From Candidatus Heimdallarchaeota archaeon (lineage in GTDB: Archaea > Asgardarchaeota > Heimdallarchaeia > Heimdallarchaeales > Heimdallarchaeaceae), in the NCBI GenBank assembly GCA_016839945.1, contig JAEOTE010000125.1:1-32057 (forward strand): a DNA stretch of 32,057 nucleotides, written 5' to 3'. Positions within the stretch are counted from its first letter, which is position 1, and the number at the start of each line of letters is the position of its first letter. The translations under genes and the position numbers were made by a program. Under the pieces are notes generated by a model, which was not told the DNA's origin, did not search any database, and worked only from the letters and a program-made list of their open reading frames with translations. Shown one piece after another: positions 9,188 to 18,393 of this stretch.

Positions 9188-10195
9188 TCATAAGACGAGT
9201 ACAAGAATTACGCCACAAATGGTTAGTAAAACTCCTAACAAACCGATTTTGTTTATTTTCTCTTTATTTATAACCCAAGATATCGGAAGAGCAAATAGAG
9301 GACTAGAAGCAGCAATCAATGACATTAAAGGCGCTCCAGCAACTCTTGTTCCTTCTGCAAAAAGAAAAGCTCCAGCTGAGGTTCCTAAAAGTGCTGCTAT
9401 TAATAACCATCCCCAATGTTTCTTATTCCAGTTTTTAATTTTATATTTCGGCGTCCTCCAAGCAAACAAAATTAAAACCAAAGCAGCGAACGGAAAGCGT
9501 GCTGCATTTCCAATTAAACTACTATTAGCTTCAGTATTCAATAAATCAGAGATAATGTTCAAAACCTTGTCAGTATAAACAATACCAAAAGCCCACGAAA
9601 TTGATGCAACCAGACCAATTGCAACAGAAAACCAAATCTTAAACCTAGGTTTTTCAATGATTGATTTGAATTTATTTTTAAAATTTGTAGGATTATCAAT
9701 ATTCTCATTTACTTCATTTTCAGCAGTAATTTTTTCTTCTAGATTCTGATCTTGTGTCTTGGATGTTAGTTCCTGACTTTTGGCGATTAATAAGACACCA
9801 CCGATTATTAGAATAGCAGAGATATAAAACCAGTAGTAGATTTTTGTGTGAAGAATTAAAGCTGATAAAAGGAAGGTTATCAAAGGGAAAGTCATTGAAA
9901 CAGCTAATGCTTTGGTTGTACCAAGTAGTTCTTGAGCCATAAAATAAGCTGTATCTCCAATTACTTGTGCAAATAGAACACTAACCAGCAGAAGAAGCCA
10001 GATACTGGATGAGAAAGAGAACATTTCAAGAAAAACACCTAGAATGAGAGCAGCAATAACAAAAGTTATTGCTCCTATTGTTGTCCTTACTGCATTGATT
10101 TGAGATGGAGAAGCTACACTCTCTACCTTTCTGATCATAGCATTGGAGATTACAAAACAAAGAATGGAGGAAACAGCTATAATCTCTCCAGCCAT
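9188..10195 (-). CDS. DMT/EamA-family transporter
   Basis: About 10 TM segments in two EamA repeats; characteristic GDTAYF...LG..KA, FP....LS..IL and SPLFALPIS...KEKI...G.LG patterns. Confidence 0.85.
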   Translation of the reverse strand: MAGEIIAVSSILCFVISNAMIRKVESVASPSQINAVRTTIGAITFVIAALILGVFLEMFSFSSSIWLLLLVSVLFAQVIGDTAYFMAQELLGTTKALAVSMTFPLITFLLSALILHTKIYYWFYISAILIIGGVLLIAKSQELTSKTQDQNLEEKITAENEVNENIDNPTNFKNKFKSIIEKPRFKIWFSVAIGLVASISWAFGIVYTDKVLNIISDLLNTEANSSLIGNAARFPFAALVLILFAWRTPKYKIKNWNKKHWGWLLIAALLGTSAGAFLFAEGTRVAGAPLMSLIAASSPLFALPISWVINKEKINKIGLLGVLLTICGVILVLVL

Positions 10196-10274
10196 AAATG
10201 TGATTCAATTGAATACTTCTTTACTATTGTGGTGAAACGCTTCTTCATGAAATCTTTATATAAATGCTAAAGAT

Positions 10275-11399
10275 TTGAGAATAATATCAAAAGGTGTTGT
10301 GATTTTGAACACTAAAAATGATGAAGAGTACATAATTGAGCAGTTCACTATTGAGAAAGATGAATTTGAAGAGTACTCGAAATTAATCACTCAAGCATTC
10401 CTAAGTGATGAAAATGCAATACAAGAAGGTGCAACTGTAGCATTTTCAGAGGACACTTTCAATATGGTGTTTGGTGCTCCTTCCATTTACAATAATTTAT
10501 TTATCAGAGCGATTCATAAATCATCAGGACAGATGGTTGGTTTCTTAGGAGCTATTCCTCGAAATCTTTCAATTTTAGATAGTATTTACAAATTCGCTAT
10601 CCTTGCATGGCTCTGTGTTCATTCTGATCATCAGAGAAAAGGTTTAGCAAAGAGGATGGGTAAGAAAGCATTTGAGATAAGTCTTAATACTGATTATGAT
10701 GGAGGATTTTCTTTTCATGAACCTAAACAGCATGGAATAGATGTTTCAACATCTGTATCCAGAGAACTGAAAATACCTCTTCAGACAATAGCAACCCTGA
10801 CTAAATTCGTCATTAAAGCGTTTGATGTAGATAAAGTTTCTACTGTAGTTAAACTAAGGTGGTATGAGAAACTAGTATTCAGATTTTTTGAGAAAGTAAA
10901 AACTGTTGATTCTAAGCAAATAAGAAATCATCTAGAGAAAGATATACCAGCTATGTTTGAGATAATTCAAGAGCAGGTAAAACGACATCAAGTATCTATT
11001 GTACCTGATTTAGAGGATTTCAAATGGATGCTAAAGAATCCCAACGTGAATTGTGTTGTTCATGAAGATAACAAAGGCAAAGTAAAAGGCTTTATGCTAG
11101 CTTGGGAATTCATTCTTGCAGGTATGGGCAACCAAGTCCCATATGGCTGGTTAGATATGGTCCACATACACAGATTGAATACTGAAGAAGCTAGCAACTT
11201 AGCGAATTATTTGTGTCAAACATCAAAGAAACGAGGATGGTTAGGATTGCAAACACCATACATCCCTTATTTTGATTTTAAACCATTGAAAAAAGCAAAA
11301 TTCTTCTCCTTCAGTTATAAAATAAATATTGACATTTTCAACTTGAAGAATGTACCTATACCTGAAGAAGTTGAATCTATCTATTTTGATTGGAGATGA
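10275..11399 (+). CDS. Double-GNAT acyltransferase resembling glycylpeptide N-myristoyltransferase (NMT)
   Basis: GNAT acyl-CoA-binding motif LCVHSDHQRKGLA; second GNAT-like half; segments match recalled NMT motifs (VGFLGAIP, KDIP, GKVKGF). The true start may be a few codons downstream. Confidence 0.7.
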   Translation: MRIISKGVVILNTKNDEEYIIEQFTIEKDEFEEYSKLITQAFLSDENAIQEGATVAFSEDTFNMVFGAPSIYNNLFIRAIHKSSGQMVGFLGAIPRNLSILDSIYKFAILAWLCVHSDHQRKGLAKRMGKKAFEISLNTDYDGGFSFHEPKQHGIDVSTSVSRELKIPLQTIATLTKFVIKAFDVDKVSTVVKLRWYEKLVFRFFEKVKTVDSKQIRNHLEKDIPAMFEIIQEQVKRHQVSIVPDLEDFKWMLKNPNVNCVVHEDNKGKVKGFMLAWEFILAGMGNQVPYGWLDMVHIHRLNTEEASNLANYLCQTSKKRGWLGLQTPYIPYFDFKPLKKAKFFSFSYKINIDIFNLKNVPIPEEVESIYFDWR

Positions 11400-11440
11400 T
11401 TTCGGAAAAATCCTAAAATTTTCTCCTTGATTGTTTGTAA

Positions 11441-11704
11441 TTACTTTCTAGATATTTTAAAAACTACTGGATTTTTGTAATCAGGGCAACATACAGTAAC
11501 ACTGTCTTTTTCATCTTCCCAAGGAAAACTCGCTCCTATTCTAATCCCTAAAACATAAGGATAAATCGAATGAAATGCTGCTGCACAGATTTTTCCTCTT
11601 TCTTCTGGATATTTATATTTCTCTCCAACTTGATGTCCATATGGGCATGTTCCGGCTTCTAGAATACTAACTACTTCTATTGCAACTTCACTTTCTTCTG
11701 ACAT
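11441..11704 (-). CDS. TIGR04076-family Cys-rich small protein
   Basis: GTCPYGHQVGE...ICAAAFHSIYPY...CCPD..NPVVFKI signature; AGGTGG ribosome-binding motif upstream. Confidence 0.85.
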   Translation of the reverse strand: MSEESEVAIEVVSILEAGTCPYGHQVGEKYKYPEERGKICAAAFHSIYPYVLGIRIGASFPWEDEKDSVTVCCPDYKNPVVFKISRK

Positions 11705-11719
11705 TTTTTCTCCACCTAT

Positions 11720-12217
11720 CTATTCCGATTTCATACCATAAAGTTTTTCTCTAATATCTTGATCTGTCCAGCCTGAGATTCTTTTAAAGATCCACACTGC
11801 TTGTCCTAGGTGATTACTCTCATGATTAATCAATCCAGCTATCATCTTTCTTCTTGGTCTTTCTCCAAAACCAGTTTTAATTATCTCTTCCTCTTGTTCC
11901 TCTGTCATATTCTCAATACCTTCGCTAACTGCAGAAGAGATCCTTTGGAATTCCTTTTCCAAATCCGCTAATGAAACAGTATCGTCAGGTAAAGTTCCAT
12001 ATTGGAAACCTAGTTTTGTGTCTTCAAAATCTACATTAGGAATAAGATTCTTAAACCAATTGAGGGTTGAAAGTAAGTGTCTAAATATCAACTCAACTGA
12101 CCAGGTGTCTTCTGTATACTTCTTGTGAAAAATTTCTTCATCTACAAGTTTGAAGAGCTTAAAATGTTGGTTTCTGTCCTCTTCTACTAGTTTATAATAA
12201 TCTGCTAATGAAAACAT
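11720..12217 (-). CDS. DinB/YfiT-family protein
   Basis: WSV..IFRHL and HESNHLGQ metal-binding His pattern; four-helix size. Confidence 0.85.
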   Translation of the reverse strand: MFSLADYYKLVEEDRNQHFKLFKLVDEEIFHKKYTEDTWSVELIFRHLLSTLNWFKNLIPNVDFEDTKLGFQYGTLPDDTVSLADLEKEFQRISSAVSEGIENMTEEQEEEIIKTGFGERPRRKMIAGLINHESNHLGQAVWIFKRISGWTDQDIREKLYGMKSE

Positions 12218-12254
12218 AAAAAATTGTTTAGTTTTAGATATTTAAATCTGATTG

Positions 12255-13520
12255 TTAAGATGCATGCAATTGCCAAAACCAGAAAATCCAATAGAGTATA
12301 ATTAGAATTGCACCTATTATACTAGGAATTTTCTTCTTTCCTTTCAATAGTTTTATTGCAGAAATATTCACTACACCAAAAACTAACATAAAAATGACGC
12401 TTGCAGCAGTTGCTACTATTTCAATATTGAATATTAATACAAAAATTATACTAATAATTCCAGAAGCAGCAATAGCTCTAGCTGGAACTCTTGTTTTCTT
12501 ATTAATTTTGGAAATGGCTTTTGGAATAACTTTTTCATGAGATAACATGTAAGATAATCGTGAAGATCCAAGTAGTGTTGCGTTGATTGCAGAAGCAGCT
12601 GACACTATAGCTGCAAAAGCCATAATCCACCTGCCTGCCCCTTTTAGAAAAACTTCTGCAGAATGTGTAAGTATTACTTCTCCAATATTCTCTAATTCGA
12701 GACTCCAACCAAGAACTCCAACTGTTATTACAGCAACAGAAACATAAAGAATCAAAACAATGATTATTGAAAGAAACATACCAATAGGCAAGTCTTTTTC
12801 TGGATTTTTCATTTCTTCAACTGAATTTGAGAGGATTTCAAAACCTTCCATTGAAACGAAAATTAATACAGAGCTAGCAATAACAGGAAGGAAGCCATTT
12901 ACAAGAAATGAGGGATCTGTAAAATTAGACTTCTTTACGGCGAAAATTCCAACTATTACATAAAGAACAAGTATTCCAATTTTTACTAGTACTAAGATAT
13001 TTTGCGTTCTACTAGTTTCCTTAATACCTATAAGATTTAAGCCAATAAATAAAAGAACACTTAAAATTTGAAAAATAAAAGCTGAAATATTCGCTTCATA
13101 GAATGGTAGAGTTATTATCTTATCTCCAAACAGATGCCATACTTCTCCCAAATACCATCCAAAAGTCATTGCGTATAAGCTTACTGAAAAACTGTATCCA
13201 AACCAAAGAATAATCCCTAAAGATCCAGATAGCTTTTTTGATTTGAACGCTTCTCGAACGTAAATAAATGCTCCTCCAGCTCTTGGGTATCTAAGAGCAA
13301 GGTGAACATAACTATAAGCAGTAAAAGCACTAACAATGCCTGCAAGAATAAAAGATAAAAATGCCCCTGGACCTGTGTTTGAGATTACTAGTCCTAAAAC
13401 AGAAAAAACTCCACCTCCAATAAGTGCACCAACAGCTATTCCTAAAGCTTCTTTTAAACCAAGCTCTTTAGAAAGTTCAACAACCTCAGCATTGGCTTTG
13501 ATGTCATTATTGTCGGACAT
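12255..13520 (-). CDS. APC-superfamily amino acid permease
   Basis: ELGL...IGGGVF, YPRAGG, GFE...EEMKNPEKDLP and SSRL.Y motifs; about 12 TM segments. Confidence 0.92.
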   Translation of the reverse strand: MSDNNDIKANAEVVELSKELGLKEALGIAVGALIGGGVFSVLGLVISNTGPGAFLSFILAGIVSAFTAYSYVHLALRYPRAGGAFIYVREAFKSKKLSGSLGIILWFGYSFSVSLYAMTFGWYLGEVWHLFGDKIITLPFYEANISAFIFQILSVLLFIGLNLIGIKETSRTQNILVLVKIGILVLYVIVGIFAVKKSNFTDPSFLVNGFLPVIASSVLIFVSMEGFEILSNSVEEMKNPEKDLPIGMFLSIIIVLILYVSVAVITVGVLGWSLELENIGEVILTHSAEVFLKGAGRWIMAFAAIVSAASAINATLLGSSRLSYMLSHEKVIPKAISKINKKTRVPARAIAASGIISIIFVLIFNIEIVATAASVIFMLVFGVVNISAIKLLKGKKKIPSIIGAILIILYWIFWFWQLHAS

Positions 13521-13643
13521 TTGAACCCCATTTTATGAGCAAATTTCTGTAGTAAGTTTAAGAATTTTTAGGTAATTCTCGAACTGATAATATCTGTTTT
13601 TAGTTAATAAACATAATAAATTCAAGTATTACAGCGCTTGAAC

Positions 13644-14579
13644 TTATGGAATTATGAAAGAAAAAACCAGTTGAACAATTAGGAGAACAAAAGATACTGT
13701 AAAGAGAGACCAAACCAGTTTTTTATTCCAATTAGCTATGTATCTTCCATTATTCAATCCAAAAGGAAGAAGATTGAATATCAAATATATGTAGAAGAAA
13801 GTTGCGAGTATATTAAATCCTGAAAGAAAAATTGTTGGTAGTACTTGTATTCCAGCAAGAACTAGAATGTTAAATATAAAAATCAAAGCTTGCCAAAATA
13901 GAATCCAAACTACACCAGTTAGTGCAACTATACCTCTTTCTTTATTCCTATCGTCCACATCTCTAAAAACTAGAAAGCTTGGTAAGATGACAAATGGAAT
14001 TAAAACACTGAATAAACCTACAAGGAATCCTTGCAGCCATAAGACATGACCACTTCTTACTCTCAAATTACGTGCAGCAATATTTTCAGCTACCATGTGT
14101 CCACCATATATCAATCCTATACTAACAAAATATATCAGCACAATCCAAGCTGTAGTTATATTTAGGGAAGCTCCTTTGAATAGAGTTTGATCAACTATAA
14201 AATGAAGGGTCATTATTACAAATGCATAGAAAGTAGCAGCTATTATGTTTACAAAATTATAATTGAAAGAGAAAAGTGAGAACATAGGAGACCTAAGAAG
14301 GAATCTATCTCGAGGTTGAAAAAATACAGATTTTTGTTCAGCATCTCTGGGACTCAGATAATCTGAACGTTCGATTCTCTTCGGTGGTTCTTCTTCTACT
14401 CTCTTAACAACGGGACTTACTTTAGCTTTCTTGTACTCGTCAGTTTGATAAATTGCTATTTTTAGACAATCATGCTGCTCTGGTAATCTATGTTTAGCAC
14501 AATAGTACTGACTACATAGCTTACATTTGAATGGTAAAGAATCTTCTTCTTCACAATCTGGATAAGAGCAACCTTTCAT
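13644..14579 (-). CDS. AN1-type zinc finger fused to a degenerate M50 (site-2 protease)-like membrane domain
   Basis: CSYPDC...LPFKCKLCSQYYCAKHRLPEQHDC is a zf-AN1. The C-terminal multi-TM domain has GIVALTG and FNLLPFGLNNG...WN resembling archaeal M50 motifs but lacks HExxH. Confidence 0.75.
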   Translation of the reverse strand: MKGCSYPDCEEEDSLPFKCKLCSQYYCAKHRLPEQHDCLKIAIYQTDEYKKAKVSPVVKRVEEEPPKRIERSDYLSPRDAEQKSVFFQPRDRFLLRSPMFSLFSFNYNFVNIIAATFYAFVIMTLHFIVDQTLFKGASLNITTAWIVLIYFVSIGLIYGGHMVAENIAARNLRVRSGHVLWLQGFLVGLFSVLIPFVILPSFLVFRDVDDRNKERGIVALTGVVWILFWQALIFIFNILVLAGIQVLPTIFLSGFNILATFFYIYLIFNLLPFGLNNGRYIANWNKKLVWSLFTVSFVLLIVQLVFSFIIP

Positions 14580-14619
14580 TTCTAAATTCCCTTTCTCATA
14601 TACACTTAAAGCACTTACT

Positions 14620-15498
14620 TTACATCATATATTGGATACAAACCCCAGTATTTAGCAATTTATCTCTGATTTTACTAGATAGTGGTTTTGACATCTTTTC
14701 CCAGATATTTTTTGACTTTGATTTCCCAATAATCACTAGGTCAGGTTCATATTTTCCAAAGATAAATTCCAATGATCTCAGAACTTTGTGACCAATTATA
14801 AATTTAGGCTGTATAATTTGACCAAAGCCAAAAATTTGAGAGTAATCATCTATATACACACTAAATTGTTTTTGTTCTTTCTTGATCTCTTTTTCATGCT
14901 TAGCTCCTTCCAAAGGAACAATATCTGGAACTTCAGCAATATGGTAAATTTTAACCTTAGCTCCTTTTTGAGGAGATGCTATAGCTGAAGCCCAACGTAG
15001 AAGGAAAGGATCTCTATCAGAATATGGTAATAAGACTGCAATTTCTTTTAATTTATCAGAAATCTTTTTTATAGAAGGAGGAAAGACTTGCAGAACTTCT
15101 GTGTCAATATGAGGTATCACAGAATTTGAAATACTTTGAATTGTCATCTTATCAAATATTGTAGGTCTTCTTCTTCCAGACATTATAACCAAATTGTGTT
15201 TCTTTTCATTCCAATACTCAATGATAACTTTTGGAACATTTTTACCTCTTTTGACTTTGAGTTCGTGCTCAATTTCAAATTTAGTTAGTTTCTCCCTGTA
15301 TTTATCTATATATCCCCCAACCTTCTTACCTACATGTAACAAATCGATTTTTGCACCATATTCATGGGCAATGAAAAAAGCTAATTCTAATCCCATACAT
15401 TCGAATGAATTTCCACCAATTGGAACTAATATATGTTCTAAATTAAGAAAAAACTCGTCTTGAAAATCATGGTGTAGCTTCTTAGGTATTTTGCTCAT
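14620..15498 (-). CDS. Universal stress protein with two USP domains
   Basis: HILVPIGG...IDLLHV...NLVIMSG and second repeat IAVLLP...IYHIAEVP...DLVIIG. Confidence 0.85.
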   Translation of the reverse strand: MSKIPKKLHHDFQDEFFLNLEHILVPIGGNSFECMGLELAFFIAHEYGAKIDLLHVGKKVGGYIDKYREKLTKFEIEHELKVKRGKNVPKVIIEYWNEKKHNLVIMSGRRRPTIFDKMTIQSISNSVIPHIDTEVLQVFPPSIKKISDKLKEIAVLLPYSDRDPFLLRWASAIASPQKGAKVKIYHIAEVPDIVPLEGAKHEKEIKKEQKQFSVYIDDYSQIFGFGQIIQPKFIIGHKVLRSLEFIFGKYEPDLVIIGKSKSKNIWEKMSKPLSSKIRDKLLNTGVCIQYMM

Positions 15499-15574
15499 TC
15501 TGCTGTTCGTTTATATAGCAGATTCATCTAATATAAAGCTTCTTCTTCACTTAATTTCATAATCTACAATTTCA

Positions 15575-16585
15575 TCATATATATTCTCTCAAATCAATTA
15601 TATCTTCAGCAGAAGGTCCAGTACCTATAAATGCGACTTTGACTTTTGTTTCATCTTCAATCCTATTAATGAAATCTTCTGCTTCACCTTTAATTTGATT
15701 AATATCATTAGCTTTAGCTATTTCAGGAAAGATAATATCAAATTTAGTCACTGCTATTTGTGTAGCACCGTTTAATCTTACAGCTTTTTTAGCTAATTCA
15801 TAATTGAATGGAGCAGCTCTTCGAGGTCTTCCTGTTACTGCACCATATTCTGTCCAACCTCTTTTTTTCACTTCATCCATAGGTAACTCTCCTGGGAGAT
15901 CACCTGTTCCCACTCGAGTAACAAATGCTTTCAAAACCACCACTACATCTGATACTCTTGTTGGTCCAACTCCTATATCAGAGCATATTGCAGCTGCAGA
16001 TGTATCTTTTGAGGTAACATATGGATAGCTTCCATGGAATAATGAAAGAAGTATCGCTTGACTACCCTCAGCTTGAACCTTCAGCCCTTGATCTAAAGCA
16101 TCATTAATCTCAACACTTACATCAGTTAGATAGGGTTGTAATTCAGGAATATCTCTAGCTACTTTTAATTTTCTTAAAGCTCTGTCTACATTTGCAGGAC
16201 CTGTACCACTACCAGTAGTACCTATTTTTCCTTTGAGATGTCCATTTGATGAGTCAAGCTCAATATGTTTATCCTCTATGATTCCTGATTGATAGTCAAC
16301 TCCAAATCTTTCTTGAGTTTTAGTTTCTTCTAATTCTTTGAAAAGAACTTTAGGATCGACTAAAACTCCAGCTCCAATGAGTAAACGAATAGAGGGATTA
16401 ATAAAACCTGAAGGAATCATTCGAAGTTTGTATTCTCTATTCTCAAACTCTATTGTATGACCAGCATTAGTACCTACACCGGCTCTAACAACAATTGATG
16501 GGTTATCAGATAAAGCGAGGTAAGAGAGAATTTTACCTTTGCCTTCATCTCCCCAGAAACCTCCACATATTACTGTAAGAGTCAT
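15575..16585 (-). CDS. purA: Adenylosuccinate synthetase (short archaeal type)
   Basis: GGFWGDEGKGK, NAGHT, IGTTGSG.GPA, YPYVTS and EYGAVTGRPRR motifs; 336 aa as in archaeal short forms. Confidence 0.97.
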   Translation of the reverse strand: MTLTVICGGFWGDEGKGKILSYLALSDNPSIVVRAGVGTNAGHTIEFENREYKLRMIPSGFINPSIRLLIGAGVLVDPKVLFKELEETKTQERFGVDYQSGIIEDKHIELDSSNGHLKGKIGTTGSGTGPANVDRALRKLKVARDIPELQPYLTDVSVEINDALDQGLKVQAEGSQAILLSLFHGSYPYVTSKDTSAAAICSDIGVGPTRVSDVVVVLKAFVTRVGTGDLPGELPMDEVKKRGWTEYGAVTGRPRRAAPFNYELAKKAVRLNGATQIAVTKFDIIFPEIAKANDINQIKGEAEDFINRIEDETKVKVAFIGTGPSAEDIIDLREYI

Positions 16586-16809
16586 AAAGTTTCACTGAAA
16601 CAAAATATACTATGTCCTTTATATATTTTAGTCAATATGATGCTTAATACAATGTCAAAAAGAAAATATTCGGTTTTTATGCACTAAATATAAATACTAA
16701 AAATCGTATAGCTTTTGATTAAAATGGTTGAAATCTGGAAAATAGCTTGGATATCAAACTATTCTGTTGAAGTTTTACAAGAGAAATATGCACTTGTAAG
16801 GTTTAGAGA

Positions 16810-17694
16810 TTGTTTCAGGAGAGTGTTAATTTCATGAAATATTCGAAATATAGACATGAAGGAGACAGTTTGGAACTTAACCTTTTTGTTAAAGGAATTG
16901 GTTTGAAATCTCTTCACCTTGGACTTTGGCCAAAGGGGCAACCTTTAGCTTTTGATGATGTGTCGGAAGCTCAAAAAAAATTTACTATAAAATTAATTAG
17001 CATGTTTCCAAAAGACGTAGAAACAGTTCTAGATGTTGGAGCAGGAATAGGTGACAATGCGATTTATATGGCAGAAAAAGGGATGAAAATTACATGTATA
17101 TCTCCATCACCGAGTCAAGAGAAACATTTTGTAGAGAATATTCTTCCAGAATATGAAAATGTAAATTTTATCCGAAATAAATATGAGAATCTTGATATCA
17201 ACGAGAAGTTTGATGTAGTATTAATGAGTGAATCATGCACCTATTTCCCAATGAAGAAAGGTCTTGAACAAACAAATAGGTATCTGAAAAAAGGTGGATA
17301 CTTAGTTGTGGGAGATACTTTTAGAAAGGATAACAGAACAACTTTCAAAAACCTACATAGACTTGAGTCTTACATAGAAACTGCAGAAAAAAACGGTTTA
17401 ATTCAAATGGAGAACATTGATGTAACTGACCAAGTGATTCAAACAATAGAATTAATCTATAATGTACTCAAATATATCCCACCAATTACAGAGGTTATAC
17501 TTGATTTCTACAAAAGAATGTTTAGGAGAAAATATTGGATAATTTCTAAGCTGGTTTCAACATTTTTCCCACAGGAGCTTAACATAGCAAAAGATATTCT
17601 GTTTGACGCTGGACTACGTAGAGCAGATCCAGAATTATTCCTTGAATACATTACATACAGATTTTTAGCTTTTAAGAAAGAAATTGATTCTTAG
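16810..17694 (+). CDS. Class I SAM-dependent methyltransferase (tocopherol/sterol/sarcosine-methyltransferase-like); likely start ATG 16834
   Basis: LHLGLW...AQ, VLDVGAGIG motif I, FDVVLMSES and LKKGGYLVVGD; AGGAG precedes ATG 16834. Confidence 0.85.
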   Translation: MFQESVNFMKYSKYRHEGDSLELNLFVKGIGLKSLHLGLWPKGQPLAFDDVSEAQKKFTIKLISMFPKDVETVLDVGAGIGDNAIYMAEKGMKITCISPSPSQEKHFVENILPEYENVNFIRNKYENLDINEKFDVVLMSESCTYFPMKKGLEQTNRYLKKGGYLVVGDTFRKDNRTTFKNLHRLESYIETAEKNGLIQMENIDVTDQVIQTIELIYNVLKYIPPITEVILDFYKRMFRRKYWIISKLVSTFFPQELNIAKDILFDAGLRRADPELFLEYITYRFLAFKKEIDS

Positions 17695-17780
17695 TAGACA
17701 GTGTTATTTTACATATGCCTTTATCAACTTGAATAGTAGAAAAGCTAATAAGCAACCATTCTACGTTAAACTGAGTAAAA

Positions 17781-18344
17781 ATGTCCATATATGGAGCAGT
17801 GAAAATTGTTCTTCTAGGCGATTTTGCTACAGGTAAGACTACTCTAAAGCGAAATTTTATGGGTCTTCATTTAGATGAAGTGTATATGAGTACATTAGGA
17901 GTTGACTTAGCAACACACAAACATCTTGATGAGGATATGGAGCTAACTTTTCAAATTTGGGATCTTGGAGGACAAAAAGATTTCAGAGAAATGCGAAAAA
18001 AGCATTATGCTGGGTCAGAAGGTGGATTATTAGTTTTTGATAAGAGTCGTCCAGAAACTTTTGCTCACTTAAAAGAATGGTTGGATGAGGTAAGTACTCC
18101 TCTAAAAGAGAAAATTCCTATAATAGTTCTAGGTAATAAGAACGATCTTCTTGATGCTGATAACAATCAAAGATTTGATTTAGAAGCAGAACAATTTGTA
18201 AATGAATATAAAAATAGCTTTGAAAATATCGAATTGGTAAATTATTATTCTACTTGTGCATTAACAGGATTGAATGTTCAAAGAGCTTTTAGTGAATTAG
18301 GTAGATTAATTATCAGAAAGAAAAGCGATGAACTAAAGATATAA
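17781..18344 (+). CDS. Rab-like small GTPase (Ras superfamily)
   Basis: G1 GDFATGKTT, G2 YMSTLGVD, G3 WDLGGQ, G4 NKND, G5 TCAL; no C-terminal cysteine motif. Confidence 0.95.
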   Translation: MSIYGAVKIVLLGDFATGKTTLKRNFMGLHLDEVYMSTLGVDLATHKHLDEDMELTFQIWDLGGQKDFREMRKKHYAGSEGGLLVFDKSRPETFAHLKEWLDEVSTPLKEKIPIIVLGNKNDLLDADNNQRFDLEAEQFVNEYKNSFENIELVNYYSTCALTGLNVQRAFSELGRLIIRKKSDELKI

Positions 18345-18393
18345 AGAAAGGAAAGAATTAAAATCTGTATTCTCTTTGAAGTTTTAAAAAAGA

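Noticed and set aside
16810-17694. Sterol methyltransferase implying sterol synthesis
   Set aside because: The motifs are shared by many small-molecule and lipid methyltransferases, and no sterol pathway genes are in the window.
17781-18344. Rab-like GTPase as substrate of the NMT-like enzyme or as an Arf-family member
   Set aside because: The N-terminus is MSIYG (no Gly2, no amphipathic extension) and the motifs are Rab-like rather than Arf-like.
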